DNA of 62,003 bases from a virus (lineage: Duplodnaviria; Caudoviricetes). Made by a program: the position numbers and the translations under genes. The stretch lies in the IMG/VR virus record IMGVR_UViG_3300031707_000016, positions 1-62,003 of that record, one strand, 5' to 3'. Numbering within the stretch: the stretch's first letter is position 1; each line of letters starts with the position of its first letter. Positions 51,078-57,829 of this stretch are shown here, piece after piece. Under the pieces are notes generated by a model, which searched no databases, was not told where the DNA came from, and was given only the letters and a program-made list of their open reading frames with translations.

Positions 51078-51440
51078 TCAATAAATAGTCTTTGTGACCT
51101 TCGTTATGACAAAATCTTTTACTGCGCTGGGCAGTCGGTTCGTATAAGGAAGAGAGTTGGTTTGGAGTTCATTGCCAAATTCTGTCTCCGTGTCATATAT
51201 GCCAATTGCGGTGGCGGTAAGGTATATGGTTCCTTCATTCGGTACAGAAATGGTTGCGTTAGTCACATATCCAAGGGTGGTTTGATTGGTATAGTTTCTA
51301 CTTGAAGGACCGTAGTAAATTTTATACCCAACTACTTCGTTGGTCGTCCCAACGTGGTTCCATCCAAGTTTCAAATCCGCAGCCAAAACGACTGCTGCTA
51401 TCATGGTAAGGCATGAACCTATTACGAATACTTTTTTCAT
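51078..51440 (-). CDS. secreted fibronectin type III domain protein
   Basis: Signal peptide; LGWN...VVGYKIYYG.SSRNY...Y..ATA. Confidence 0.78.
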   Translation of the reverse strand: MKKVFVIGSCLTMIAAVVLAADLKLGWNHVGTTNEVVGYKIYYGPSSRNYTNQTTLGYVTNATISVPNEGTIYLTATAIGIYDTETEFGNELQTNSLPYTNRLPSAVKDFVITKVTKTIY

Positions 51441-51445
51441 TAAAG

Positions 51446-51534
51446 TGGCGGATAGCTGAGTATTCGAAACCCATCCCGGTTAAGGGACAATCTGTTTTCG
51501 AGGCAGTTCCAGTACCCTGACTGGTTAACTATCC
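51446..51534 (-). tRNA. tRNA-Ser(CGA), 8/4 cloverleaf
   Basis: Acceptor GGATAGTT/AGCTATCC, anticodon loop CTCGAAA, long variable arm, T arm GGGT-TTCGAAT-ACTC, GCCA end. Confidence 0.88.
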
Positions 51535-51705
51535 AATTCTGCGGAAAAACGATTCTTGTTCACTCCTACGACGAGCAAGTTCATATGCTTCAAGTTGTGG
51601 AGTGACAGCGGCAATATACCGCTCACGAAACTCTTGATATTCCTTTTCCGTTTTGAACAACGGTTCCCATTTTACCCCCGGACATAACTCAAGTGCTTCA
51701 AACAT
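51529..51705 (-). CDS. small hypothetical protein between tRNAs
   Basis: MFEALELCPGVKWEP..., 58 aa. Confidence 0.55.
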   Translation of the reverse strand: MFEALELCPGVKWEPLFKTEKEYQEFRERYIAAVTPQLEAYELARRRSEQESFFRRIG

Positions 51706-51709
51706 AAAT

Positions 51710-51797
51710 TGGCGGAAGACTGAGATCCCGCCTCTCACTCCCGTAAAGGAGCCAACCGATTTCCAATCGGTGCCAAGTCTCACTCGGTTAATCTTCC
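51710..51797 (-). tRNA. tRNA-Ser(GGA), 8/4 cloverleaf with non-canonical D and T loops
   Basis: GGAAGATT/AGTCTTCC; ACCGA-TTGGAAA-TCGGT; variable arm; GAGA-GGCGGGA-TCTC; GCCA. Confidence 0.85.
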
Positions 51798-51800
51798 AAA

Positions 51801-51948
51801 TGACGAATCGTTGGATTCACGTCCAACTCATACTCCTCTTTAGGCTGGAGATAACCTATTATGGTCTTCGGGTGAACTTAACACCTTACTTATTGTCCAT
51901 AATTCCGATGCTAGTGTGAAACACGACATCGCTTAAATTGATTCGTCA
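51801..51948 (-). ncRNA. orphan multibranch structured RNA
   Basis: 9-bp terminal stem TGACGAATC/GATTCGTCA; internal stems CGATG/CATCG, ATTATGG/CCATAAT, GTTGGA/TCCAAC. Confidence 0.6.
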
Positions 51949-51955
51949 AAGAACT
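51946..51955 (-). promoter_or_regulatory. boxA-like antitermination element
   Basis: AGTTCTTTGA; identical copy at 54636-54645. Confidence 0.5.
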
Positions 51956-51960
51956 AAAAT

Positions 51961-52034
51961 TGGCTGGGGATGTTAGAATCGAACTAACACGTTGACTTTC
52001 AGAGAGTCCTATGCTACCACTACATCAATCCCCA
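51961..52034 (-). tRNA. tRNA-Gln(CTG)
   Basis: TGGGGAT/ATCCCCA acceptor, loop CTCTGAA, TTCGATT, GCCA. Confidence 0.92.
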
Positions 52035-52042
52035 ATACAAAT

Positions 52043-52116
52043 TGGTGGAGCCAAGGGGAATCGAACCCCTATCCCATCACTGCCAGCGATATGTCCTACC
52101 GTTGAACGATGGCCCC
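52043..52116 (-). tRNA. tRNA-Ala(GGC)
   Basis: G3:U70 pair, loop CTGGCAG, ACCA. Confidence 0.93.
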
Positions 52117-52208
52117 ATGTCAGCGGAACGTGCCCGCCGATTTGATTCACAACACTCTAAGGTGTTGGAGTTCCGGCTTCTTTATACACCCGCCTCCCGG
52201 TGTTAATT

Positions 52209-52282
52209 TGGTGGAGCTGAGGGGAATCGAACCCCTATCTACGCAGTGCAAGTGCATCGTCCTACCGTTGAACGACAGCCCC
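52209..52282 (-). tRNA. tRNA-Ala(TGC)
   Basis: G3:U70 pair, loop CTTGCAC, ACCA. Confidence 0.93.
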
Positions 52283-52291
52283 GAAAACAAC

Positions 52292-52380
52292 TAGATGCCG
52301 CCTTTATAGTCAGCGTGACTCCCCTTGCGGGAATTTAGGTTTGCTTATTAGGCAAATATTTGTGTTGCAGTGTGCATCTA
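52292..52380 (-). ncRNA. orphan structured RNA
   Basis: Terminal TAGATGC/GCATCTA; hairpins TTTGC/GCAAA, TTCCC-GCAA-GGGGA, GTCA/TGAC. Confidence 0.5.
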
Positions 52381-52387
52381 AAAAAAG

Positions 52388-52460
52388 TGGTTGCGGTCGC
52401 CAGAATTGAACTGGTCCCTGACCTTATGAGAGTCATGTGCAGCCATCACACTTCCCCGCA
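52388..52460 (-). tRNA. tRNA with CAT anticodon (Met-type) and atypical acceptor stem
   Basis: TGACT-CTCATAA-GGTCA; T loop TTCAATT; acceptor TGCGGGG/GACCGCA with 2 mismatches; ACCA. Confidence 0.75.
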
Positions 52461-52527
52461 ATCCGAAATTGTAAAAAGAACATACTATCTACTACATCCA
52501 TAAATATAGCAGTTGTTCTCAAAAACG

Positions 52528-52986
52528 TCAAGAAGAAACGACGTATTTCTTGTATTCGTCTTGAGAAAACTTCTCAATACCCCGAAGCGCACTTGAACTG
52601 ATGTGCCGAAACTTTGGGTCGCAATAGAATGCCAAAATTTTGATGCGGGGATACATTCCCCGCAGAAACGCCACGATGTTTTGCTCGTAATCCAAGTCCG
52701 CACCGTTACGCAATCCACGAACCAGCGTCACATTGTATTGTTCTTCTTGCTGCTTAATCATATCAATCAGCAAGGTGTCGTATGAAGTTGTTTTGACTCC
52801 GAGGGAATCCTCCAAAAACTTCACCGGCAAAGGATACCGAGAGGCGATTTGATTTGCCTTCTCTGGATTTACTCCCTTGGCGACCAACACATGGTCAAAC
52901 ACCTGTAATGCTTGATTCACGATGTCCAAATGACCTACATGAAAGGGGTCAAATGAACCGGCATACAATCCTAATGTATTTATCAT
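52528..52986 (-). CDS. coaD: phosphopantetheine adenylyltransferase
   Basis: YAGSFDPFHVGHLDIV, NPEK, LVRGLRNGADLDYE, ISSSALR. Confidence 0.88.
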   Translation of the reverse strand: MINTLGLYAGSFDPFHVGHLDIVNQALQVFDHVLVAKGVNPEKANQIASRYPLPVKFLEDSLGVKTTSYDTLLIDMIKQQEEQYNVTLVRGLRNGADLDYEQNIVAFLRGMYPRIKILAFYCDPKFRHISSSALRGIEKFSQDEYKKYVVSS

Positions 52987-52995
52987 CTTGAGAGG

Positions 52996-53024
52996 AGTCT
53001 AACAGAGAGGACTTGAAATGTCAA
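52996..53024 (-). promoter_or_regulatory. sigma70-type promoter for coaD
   Basis: Minus strand TTGACA-N17-TAGACT. Confidence 0.55.
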
Positions 53025-53033
53025 GGGGAAATC

Positions 53034-53438
53034 TTACCACCACAGATGACGGAACCACTTGGAAAACAAGTCCATACCTTCTTGGTATCGTTTCCAGTTT
53101 TCGGTCTGTACTTCCTCTGAGAGTCCATCATACTTATCCTCCTCATGGTTTAGTGACCAGTCAAAGGCGAAAATCATTTTGTCCAACATTGCTTCCCACT
53201 TATGTTCATCAATGTCTTCCCAACCACCGGGAAATCCGTTGTGGAGTTCACGGAAGCGAATGAGGCGAGGCAAGATGAACTGGCAGATAACCGAATCCAG
53301 TGACCACGTTTCTGCATCGGAGAACCCATTCTCCTTCAGCTGCTTAACGTGGCGAGCATATCTCTTGTCTGTCTTTTCAACATAAAGAGGCTTTTTGAGA
53401 GACCAATCACTCGTCAGTTTTCTACTCAACTTTTTCAT
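53034..53438 (-). CDS. phage hypothetical protein
   Basis: ETWSLD...PRL..F...G.P...W...LDKMIFAF...EG.DLF.KWF..LW pattern common in large phages. Confidence 0.75.
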   Translation of the reverse strand: MKKLSRKLTSDWSLKKPLYVEKTDKRYARHVKQLKENGFSDAETWSLDSVICQFILPRLIRFRELHNGFPGGWEDIDEHKWEAMLDKMIFAFDWSLNHEEDKYDGLSEEVQTENWKRYQEGMDLFSKWFRHLWW

Positions 53439-53884
53439 AGTTTATCCCATACGATGCGAAGAGACTCGTCGGCAGTCAACCCCTTGGTGTCAACGCAGAT
53501 GAAGTTCTCGGTGGGTTCTTCAAAATCATTCCGCTTAAATTCTTCACGGACATGAGCACCGGAATTTACCACGAGAATTTCACGGACGTTTTTGTTGCGG
53601 TTCTTAAATTCTTCCCTCACGGCACGGTCAGAGTTTACGGTGGAAACAATAACGGAGACGCCCTGATTATCAACATGTTCCACAAATGTCTGCAACTTGC
53701 GGGTATTACTGTCCCGATATTCTTTGGTGAAATGTTCTTGGTGATACGTGCCTCCGAAAATACGGCGCAAATCATCGCCATCAAGATGAATGGATGGCAT
53801 TCCGGTTGCATCAAACTGCGACTTGAGTTTCTTTGCCAATGTGGTCTTACCACAACCTGCTTGTCCGATGAACCAGTATATCAT
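53435..53884 (-). CDS. adenylylsulfate (APS) kinase-like P-loop kinase
   Basis: IYWFIGQAGCGKTT, HLDGDDLR, FEEP. Confidence 0.75.
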   Translation of the reverse strand: MIYWFIGQAGCGKTTLAKKLKSQFDATGMPSIHLDGDDLRRIFGGTYHQEHFTKEYRDSNTRKLQTFVEHVDNQGVSVIVSTVNSDRAVREEFKNRNKNVREILVVNSGAHVREEFKRNDFEEPTENFICVDTKGLTADESLRIVWDKL

Positions 53885-53897
53885 AACATTTTTAGAG

Positions 53898-53971
53898 TGG
53901 TGGAGCCGAGGGGAATCGAACCCCTATCTAGTCAGTGCGAGTGACCTATCCTACCGTTGAACGACGGCCCC
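53898..53971 (-). tRNA. tRNA-Ala(CGC)
   Basis: G3:U70 pair, loop CTCGCAC, ACCA. Confidence 0.93.
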
Positions 53972-53988
53972 GTGGAAACCGAAATTTG

Positions 53989-54099
53989 TATAGCGACTCG
54001 GGAGCCACACCGCTACCACAGATAGCTTTTCTGCGATTTCCCATTAGAGGAACGAATCCCCAATTATTGGGCAAAGAGCACGCCAGCTGGTGCGCTATA
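53989..54099 (-). ncRNA. orphan multibranch structured RNA
   Basis: Terminal TATAGCG/CGCTATA; GCACC/GGTGT; CCCAA/TTGGG; CGCAGA/TCTGTG. Confidence 0.5.
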
Positions 54100-54133
54100 A
54101 CGAAGCGTCCGGCGTTTATTTCATTTACGTAAC

Positions 54134-54202
54134 GTAGCGTTCGACGCTACAATGTGCGAACGACGTTTTCACAGAGAACCATTCAATGGTTCAATCTGTG
54201 AA
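54134..54202. other. two strong hairpins in a non-coding stretch
   Basis: gtagcgt-tcg-acgctac; ttcacaga-gaaccat-tca-atggttc-aa-tctgtgaa. Confidence 0.55.
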
Positions 54203-54210
54203 CGAAAGGG

Positions 54211-54296
54211 TGAGGTAGGTAGTGCGTTTCTGAGTTAACAGGGGGGTCTGCACCAAGACTGCCCTTACGGAATCCTCCTATCGGGCACCTACCTCA
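54211..54296 (-). ncRNA. orphan structured RNA directly 3' of the RNase P RNA
   Basis: Perfect 10-bp terminal stem TGAGGTAGGT/ACCTACCTCA; internal GCCC/GGGC and GTCT/AGAC. Confidence 0.55.
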
Positions 54297-54302
54297 TTAT
54301 GT

Positions 54303-54633
54303 ATTTGTCGCAGCCGTAGCCGAGGTTCTGTTCTATTCTTACATTTATCTCACATTGTTGATGGCGTGGTGAAACCAAGAACCGAACGGCCATATATCAC
54401 CTTTAGGCACTAAATGGTCCATCAACTCCGTGCCCACGATTAACCGTGGGTGCCCCAACCCGAGCGTTACAACGATAAGCACTAATCTTTGCTCTGTTTG
54501 GGTTACTCCTAATTTGTGGTATTAACGTGGATTTTGATGTCCACTCCCAATCATCTGCTTTGGAGGCTCGAACTTCCTCTACATGCTCTTTCAATCTGTA
54601 ATAGCACGCAGCGTAAGATCGCTTACGACAAAA
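54303..54633 (-). ncRNA. rnpB: RNase P RNA-like gene with reduced specificity domain
   Basis: CR-I GAGGAAGTTCGAGCCTCC, CR-IV AGATAAAT, CR-V AACAGAACCTCGGCTAC; P1 TTTGTCG/CGACAAA, P2 CTTAC/GTAAG, P4 CGAG/CTCG. Confidence 0.85.
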
Positions 54634-54635
54634 TC

Positions 54636-54645
54636 TCAAAGAACT
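54636..54645 (-). promoter_or_regulatory. boxA-like antitermination element
   Basis: AGTTCTTTGA immediately 5' of the rnpB-like gene. Confidence 0.5.
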
Positions 54646-54654
54646 GACAATACC

Positions 54655-55032
54655 TTACACTGTCGGCGGCGAATTGTCAACAACTTTTGTTGGAGGAACA
54701 ATTTCCTTGGTAGGCATCTGCCCAGCCGCTAGTTGTGCCATCTGAAACTCGTAGTTCAACTGCGTTTCGTTGTCCTTGGACTCGGCAAAGCGTTGAACTG
54801 GTTTCATCAAACTGAATGCCACGAGAATATAGACCCATTCCTTTGGTGGGATAACCAATGTCCCGGTTGAAATGGTGAGGTATGTTGCCAACGCCATAAA
54901 CGTGGCAATGACGATAAATCCTACGATGCGTGAATATGAAAATGACGGAGGCTCCGTGGCATCTAGGAACATTGACCATAACGCTGGTGCCTTTGGTTTG
55001 GCGGGCGTAAGACTTTTGATTTCTTTGCTCAT
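54655..55032 (-). CDS. small membrane protein, holin-like topology possible
   Basis: MSKEIKS start after late motif at 55037; two hydrophobic segments. Confidence 0.6.
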   Translation of the reverse strand: MSKEIKSLTPAKPKAPALWSMFLDATEPPSFSYSRIVGFIVIATFMALATYLTISTGTLVIPPKEWVYILVAFSLMKPVQRFAESKDNETQLNYEFQMAQLAAGQMPTKEIVPPTKVVDNSPPTV

Positions 55033-55066
55033 ATGGTATAAATATACCAAGTATGGGCAAATGACA

Positions 55067-55411
55067 CTAATCTCCCCGCTTAAAGCGGTCAATATCGTCT
55101 AAGATCTTCTCACGGTCATCCCGATATTGTTTGACGATGAATGTAAACCCCACTTTATCAACATCCTCCACCATTTCGTCACAAAAACGAATGATGTCTT
55201 CGTCCGAGGGTTTCCAATCAAATTCCTCACAGACTGCGGCAATGTTCTTGCCTTTCTGACTCATGTTGAATGCAGAGGACACCATACCCAATTCCTCAAG
55301 TTTGTCGAGGTAGTTGATGATAACCATCACAGAAATCATCTGCGGGTTTTCCAACCATCCTTTCGCCTTGAGACGTTCAACAATAGCGGTAAACTTTTCT
55401 TCGTTCGTCAT
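55067..55411 (-). CDS. hypothetical protein
   Basis: MTNEEKF start downstream of a TTGACT...TACACT promoter. Confidence 0.65.
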   Translation of the reverse strand: MTNEEKFTAIVERLKAKGWLENPQMISVMVIINYLDKLEELGMVSSAFNMSQKGKNIAAVCEEFDWKPSDEDIIRFCDEMVEDVDKVGFTFIVKQYRDDREKILDDIDRFKRGD

Positions 55412-55449
55412 TGTGCCACAGTGTATCACGCTCAAGGCGGAAGTCAAGG

Positions 55450-55788
55450 TTAAAAATACAACCAATCGGCGTCACGTTTGAAAATAGGAACTTCAATATC
55501 GTAATCGCCGTTGCGAATTTTCTGCATTGCGACACGTTCCTGTGCCTTGCGCTCGGCATTGAGATGGCGGCGAAAAGTGGCAGAGGCATGGTGCCAGTGT
55601 TTGTGGGAACCACTATCAATGAAACGAGCACGCTTGGTGATAGTTTCAAAGTTGTGGGCGATTCGTTCTTCGGTAGTCCAGTACCAAGAACCATCGGTGT
55701 TTTCGTAAGGGTTATCCAAACGACGGATGCGATTCCAGCATTTCTGACGGAATGCACGATTGCGAATATACTTGTTTTCAGTTCTCAT
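55450..55788 (-). CDS. basic hypothetical protein
   Basis: 112-aa Arg-rich ORF; long hairpin at 55792-55831 just upstream. Confidence 0.6.
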   Translation of the reverse strand: MRTENKYIRNRAFRQKCWNRIRRLDNPYENTDGSWYWTTEERIAHNFETITKRARFIDSGSHKHWHHASATFRRHLNAERKAQERVAMQKIRNGDYDIEVPIFKRDADWLYF

Positions 55789-55876
55789 TTTCTCTATGTG
55801 AACTTACGCTTTATGCGTAAGTCACGTAGAGTGCAAAATGAGTTGGTTGGTGAGGATAATGTTCATGGTAAATGGG

Positions 55877-55951
55877 TCGGAATGGTGGGATTTGAACCCA
55901 CGACCCCCTGCGCCCAAGGCAGGTGCGCTAGCCAAGCTGCGCTACATTCCG
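55877..55951 (-). tRNA. tRNA-Pro(TGG)
   Basis: CGGAATG/CATTCCG, loop CTTGGGC, TTCAAAT; followed by CCCA rather than an exact CCA. Confidence 0.93.
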
Positions 55952-55964
55952 TTGTTGATAAATA

Positions 55965-56252
55965 TCAAAGTCTGACGCCTTGTGCCAAAGCATTTTTCAC
56001 TTCTTCTTCGGATGGTGCCGCTTCGGGTTTCGGGGATGTTTCACGGGCAATCGTTTCTTGGGCGATTTTTTTGAAATCTTCGGGGAGCAACTCACCAAGA
56101 GATTTAAGAACCTCTGAAGCGAATTTAGCATCGGTTTTGATGCGCTCTTTGACCATTTCTTTGGCGAGCTCGTTTCTTTTTTGAGCAACTTTTTGGGCGA
56201 TCCATACTCTTTTTTCATCAAGTTTTCGTCCTGCGGATTTTGATTTGCTCAT
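55965..56252 (-). CDS. hypothetical protein
   Basis: 95-aa Lys/Glu-rich ORF between tRNAs. Confidence 0.65.
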   Translation of the reverse strand: MSKSKSAGRKLDEKRVWIAQKVAQKRNELAKEMVKERIKTDAKFASEVLKSLGELLPEDFKKIAQETIARETSPKPEAAPSEEEVKNALAQGVRL

Positions 56253-56265
56253 AACTTATTTCAAA

Positions 56266-56339
56266 TGGTGGTCAGTAGTGGAATCGAACCACTCTCTATA
56301 CCGTGTCGAGGTATTATTCTGCCGATAAACTAACTGACC
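56266..56339 (-). tRNA. tRNA-Val(GAC) with C33
   Basis: GGTCAGT/ACTGACC; ATACC-TCGACAC-GGTAT; TTCGATT; ACCA. Confidence 0.88.
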
Positions 56340-56341
56340 GT

Positions 56342-56415
56342 TCTGCTGCCACTCGTATCGCAACGAGAATGTACTTAACTTCGATCGGCACTTGCCCGGG
56401 CTGCCTAACAGCAAA
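56342..56415 (-). ncRNA. tRNA-like orphan RNA without an anticodon arm
   Basis: TTTGCTGTTA/TGGCAGCAGA stem; GGCA/TGCC arm; T-arm-like CTCGT-TGCGAT-ACGAG. Confidence 0.4.
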
Positions 56416-56752
56416 CTTGCATGAAAGATGGGATGAATCCTACATCTTTCAAAATTCGTTTCTTCGCCTGCTCCATTGTGCCTTTGAATACCCAATCAGG
56501 ATAACCCTGACAATAAGTAAACAATTCCTTCGGCATCAGAAGAAATCCTACATCCTCCGACCACAGTTTCATCTGTAGGTTCACCGACATTTTTCCTTCT
56601 TGAACACGTTTGACTATCTCGTATTCCTTGGTCGGCACTTTGTATCCATTTTCTAAACAGAGAAAACTAAACTCACCATCTTCTCCATTTACATCGTAAG
56701 GTGGCAAGTCGTGACTTCCACACTCAAATATCTTTGGGAAATTGATATACAA
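56405..56752 (-). CDS. hypothetical protein, start uncertain
   Basis: 115-aa ORF with TTG start. Confidence 0.5.
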   Translation of the reverse strand: MYINFPKIFECGSHDLPPYDVNGEDGEFSFLCLENGYKVPTKEYEIVKRVQEGKMSVNLQMKLWSEDVGFLLMPKELFTYCQGYPDWVFKGTMEQAKKRILKDVGFIPSFMQVCC

Positions 56753-56820
56753 TTCCCAGTTCTGAACAAATTCTACTCGCTTGACTGACCGGCGTTTGGC
56801 ATTGACATAGCATCCTCCTG

Positions 56821-57000
56821 TTACTTGTTTCTACAAAAAATTATGTTGAACATAACCACGAAGATAAGTATCAAAGGCCACAACAAAACGTTGAATGACC
56901 AGAACGTGGTTCTCTCCCGCCAATTGCCAAGCGGACCAATGTCTATCCACAACAAAAGTCCCCACACGAATCCCAAAATCAGATAGAGTGTGATTAACAT
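56821..57000 (-). CDS. small two-TM membrane protein, 59 aa (absent from ORF track)
   Basis: MLITLYLILGFVWGLLLW...LLWPLILIFVVMFNIIFCRNK; TTGACA promoter near 57029-57034. Confidence 0.6.
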   Translation of the reverse strand: MLITLYLILGFVWGLLLWIDIGPLGNWRERTTFWSFNVLLWPLILIFVVMFNIIFCRNK

Positions 57001-57043
57001 GACATACTTTATACTATCGTCTCTTGGTTGTCAAGAAACAAAT

Positions 57044-57117
57044 TGGTAGGCGATATTGGAGTTGAACCAATGCCTGTTCCGTGTGAGAGAACTATTCTAC
57101 CGTTATAATAATCGCCC
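57044..57117 (-). tRNA. tRNA-Val(CAC)
   Basis: GTTCT-CTCACAC-GGAAC; TTCAACT; ACCA. Confidence 0.88.
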
Positions 57118-57118
57118 A

Positions 57119-57310
57119 TTATCTTCCACCGTTGTTCCACCAAGACTTGGCGGCACGCATGGAAGGAAATTCACCCGTGCAGTGGTCAGGTGCGTAATAC
57201 AACCACCATCTACGTTTGCTTCGGAACAATCTAACTTCTTTGTTGAAAGGTTTGATTTCTCCCTCGACGATTTCCACTCGGCAACCATTCCATATTCTTG
57301 CTTTGGACAT
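57119..57310 (-). CDS. small hypothetical protein
   Basis: MSKARIWNG..., 63 aa. Confidence 0.55.
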   Translation of the reverse strand: MSKARIWNGCRVEIVEGEIKPFNKEVRLFRSKRRWWLYYAPDHCTGEFPSMRAAKSWWNNGGR

Positions 57311-57311
57311 A

Positions 57312-57647
57312 TCAGGAGTGGTTGTAGTGAAATTTGAAGTGGAACTCAATCCCCGCCGCATTCAAGTGATGAAGAATTGCTCCACCATCCTTAAACAAAT
57401 GGTTAATCATCTCCTCTGCCTTCTTGCTATCAGATTCATAGGCAACAACGCCAGCACCGAAATAGTTGCGGGCAGATTGTTTGTCGGGACCAGTTCCATA
57501 GAAACGGTCGAGATGTTTTTCAATTGCTTCTGGTTTGGTATCGGCATAGCAGAAGTTGATTTCGTAAGTGAAACCTTCGCCCGTGGCGAAGTATTCCATG
57601 TAGGTGAGATACCCACGGTATTCCGTCGTAACTTTTTTCTTTGCCAT
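57312..57647 (-). CDS. hypothetical protein
   Basis: MAKKKVTTEYRG..., 111 aa, starts just after tRNA-Ser(GCT). Confidence 0.65.
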   Translation of the reverse strand: MAKKKVTTEYRGYLTYMEYFATGEGFTYEINFCYADTKPEAIEKHLDRFYGTGPDKQSARNYFGAGVVAYESDSKKAEEMINHLFKDGGAILHHLNAAGIEFHFKFHYNHS

Positions 57648-57651
57648 AAAT

Positions 57652-57739
57652 TGGCGGAAGGCAGAGATCCCGCCTCTCACCCCCTTTCAGGGGCCATCGG
57701 TTTAGCAAACCGTGACAAGCCTCGCCTGCTTTACCTTCC
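57652..57739 (-). tRNA. tRNA-Ser(GCT), 8/4 cloverleaf with non-canonical D and T loops
   Basis: GGAAGGTA/TGCCTTCC; CGGT-TTGCTAA-ACCG; variable arm; GAGA-GGCGGGA-TCTC; GCCA. Confidence 0.85.
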
Positions 57740-57829
57740 GTAGGTCAAGTATTTTCCTTGGAAAACCTTTGTAAAAAGTCACATTGGAATTTCGCCACAT
57801 TTTCCTGCCTGTGGATTTAACCACTCAGC

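Noticed and set aside
52043-53971. tmRNA suggested by GGGGC...CTCCACCA ends
   Set aside because: All three are complete 74-nt tRNA-Ala cloverleaves with no tag reading frame
54211-54296. Cobalamin riboswitch or SRP RNA resemblance (AGGTGCCC, AAGGG, CCCCCTGTTAA, CCGTAAGG)
   Set aside because: Only fragments match; the B12 box and SRP internal loops are incomplete and no regulated gene follows
54403-54639. 78-aa ORF within the rnpB-like gene
   Set aside because: TTG start, no RBS or motif; the region is better explained by RNase P conserved regions and pairings
55411-56184. 257-aa plus-strand ORF and other plus-strand ORFs in the track
   Set aside because: Antisense shadows overlapping minus-strand genes and tRNAs, with no motifs or promoters
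56862-56872. GATAAGTATC as a late promoter
   Set aside because: It lies inside the 59-aa membrane protein ORF at 56821-57000
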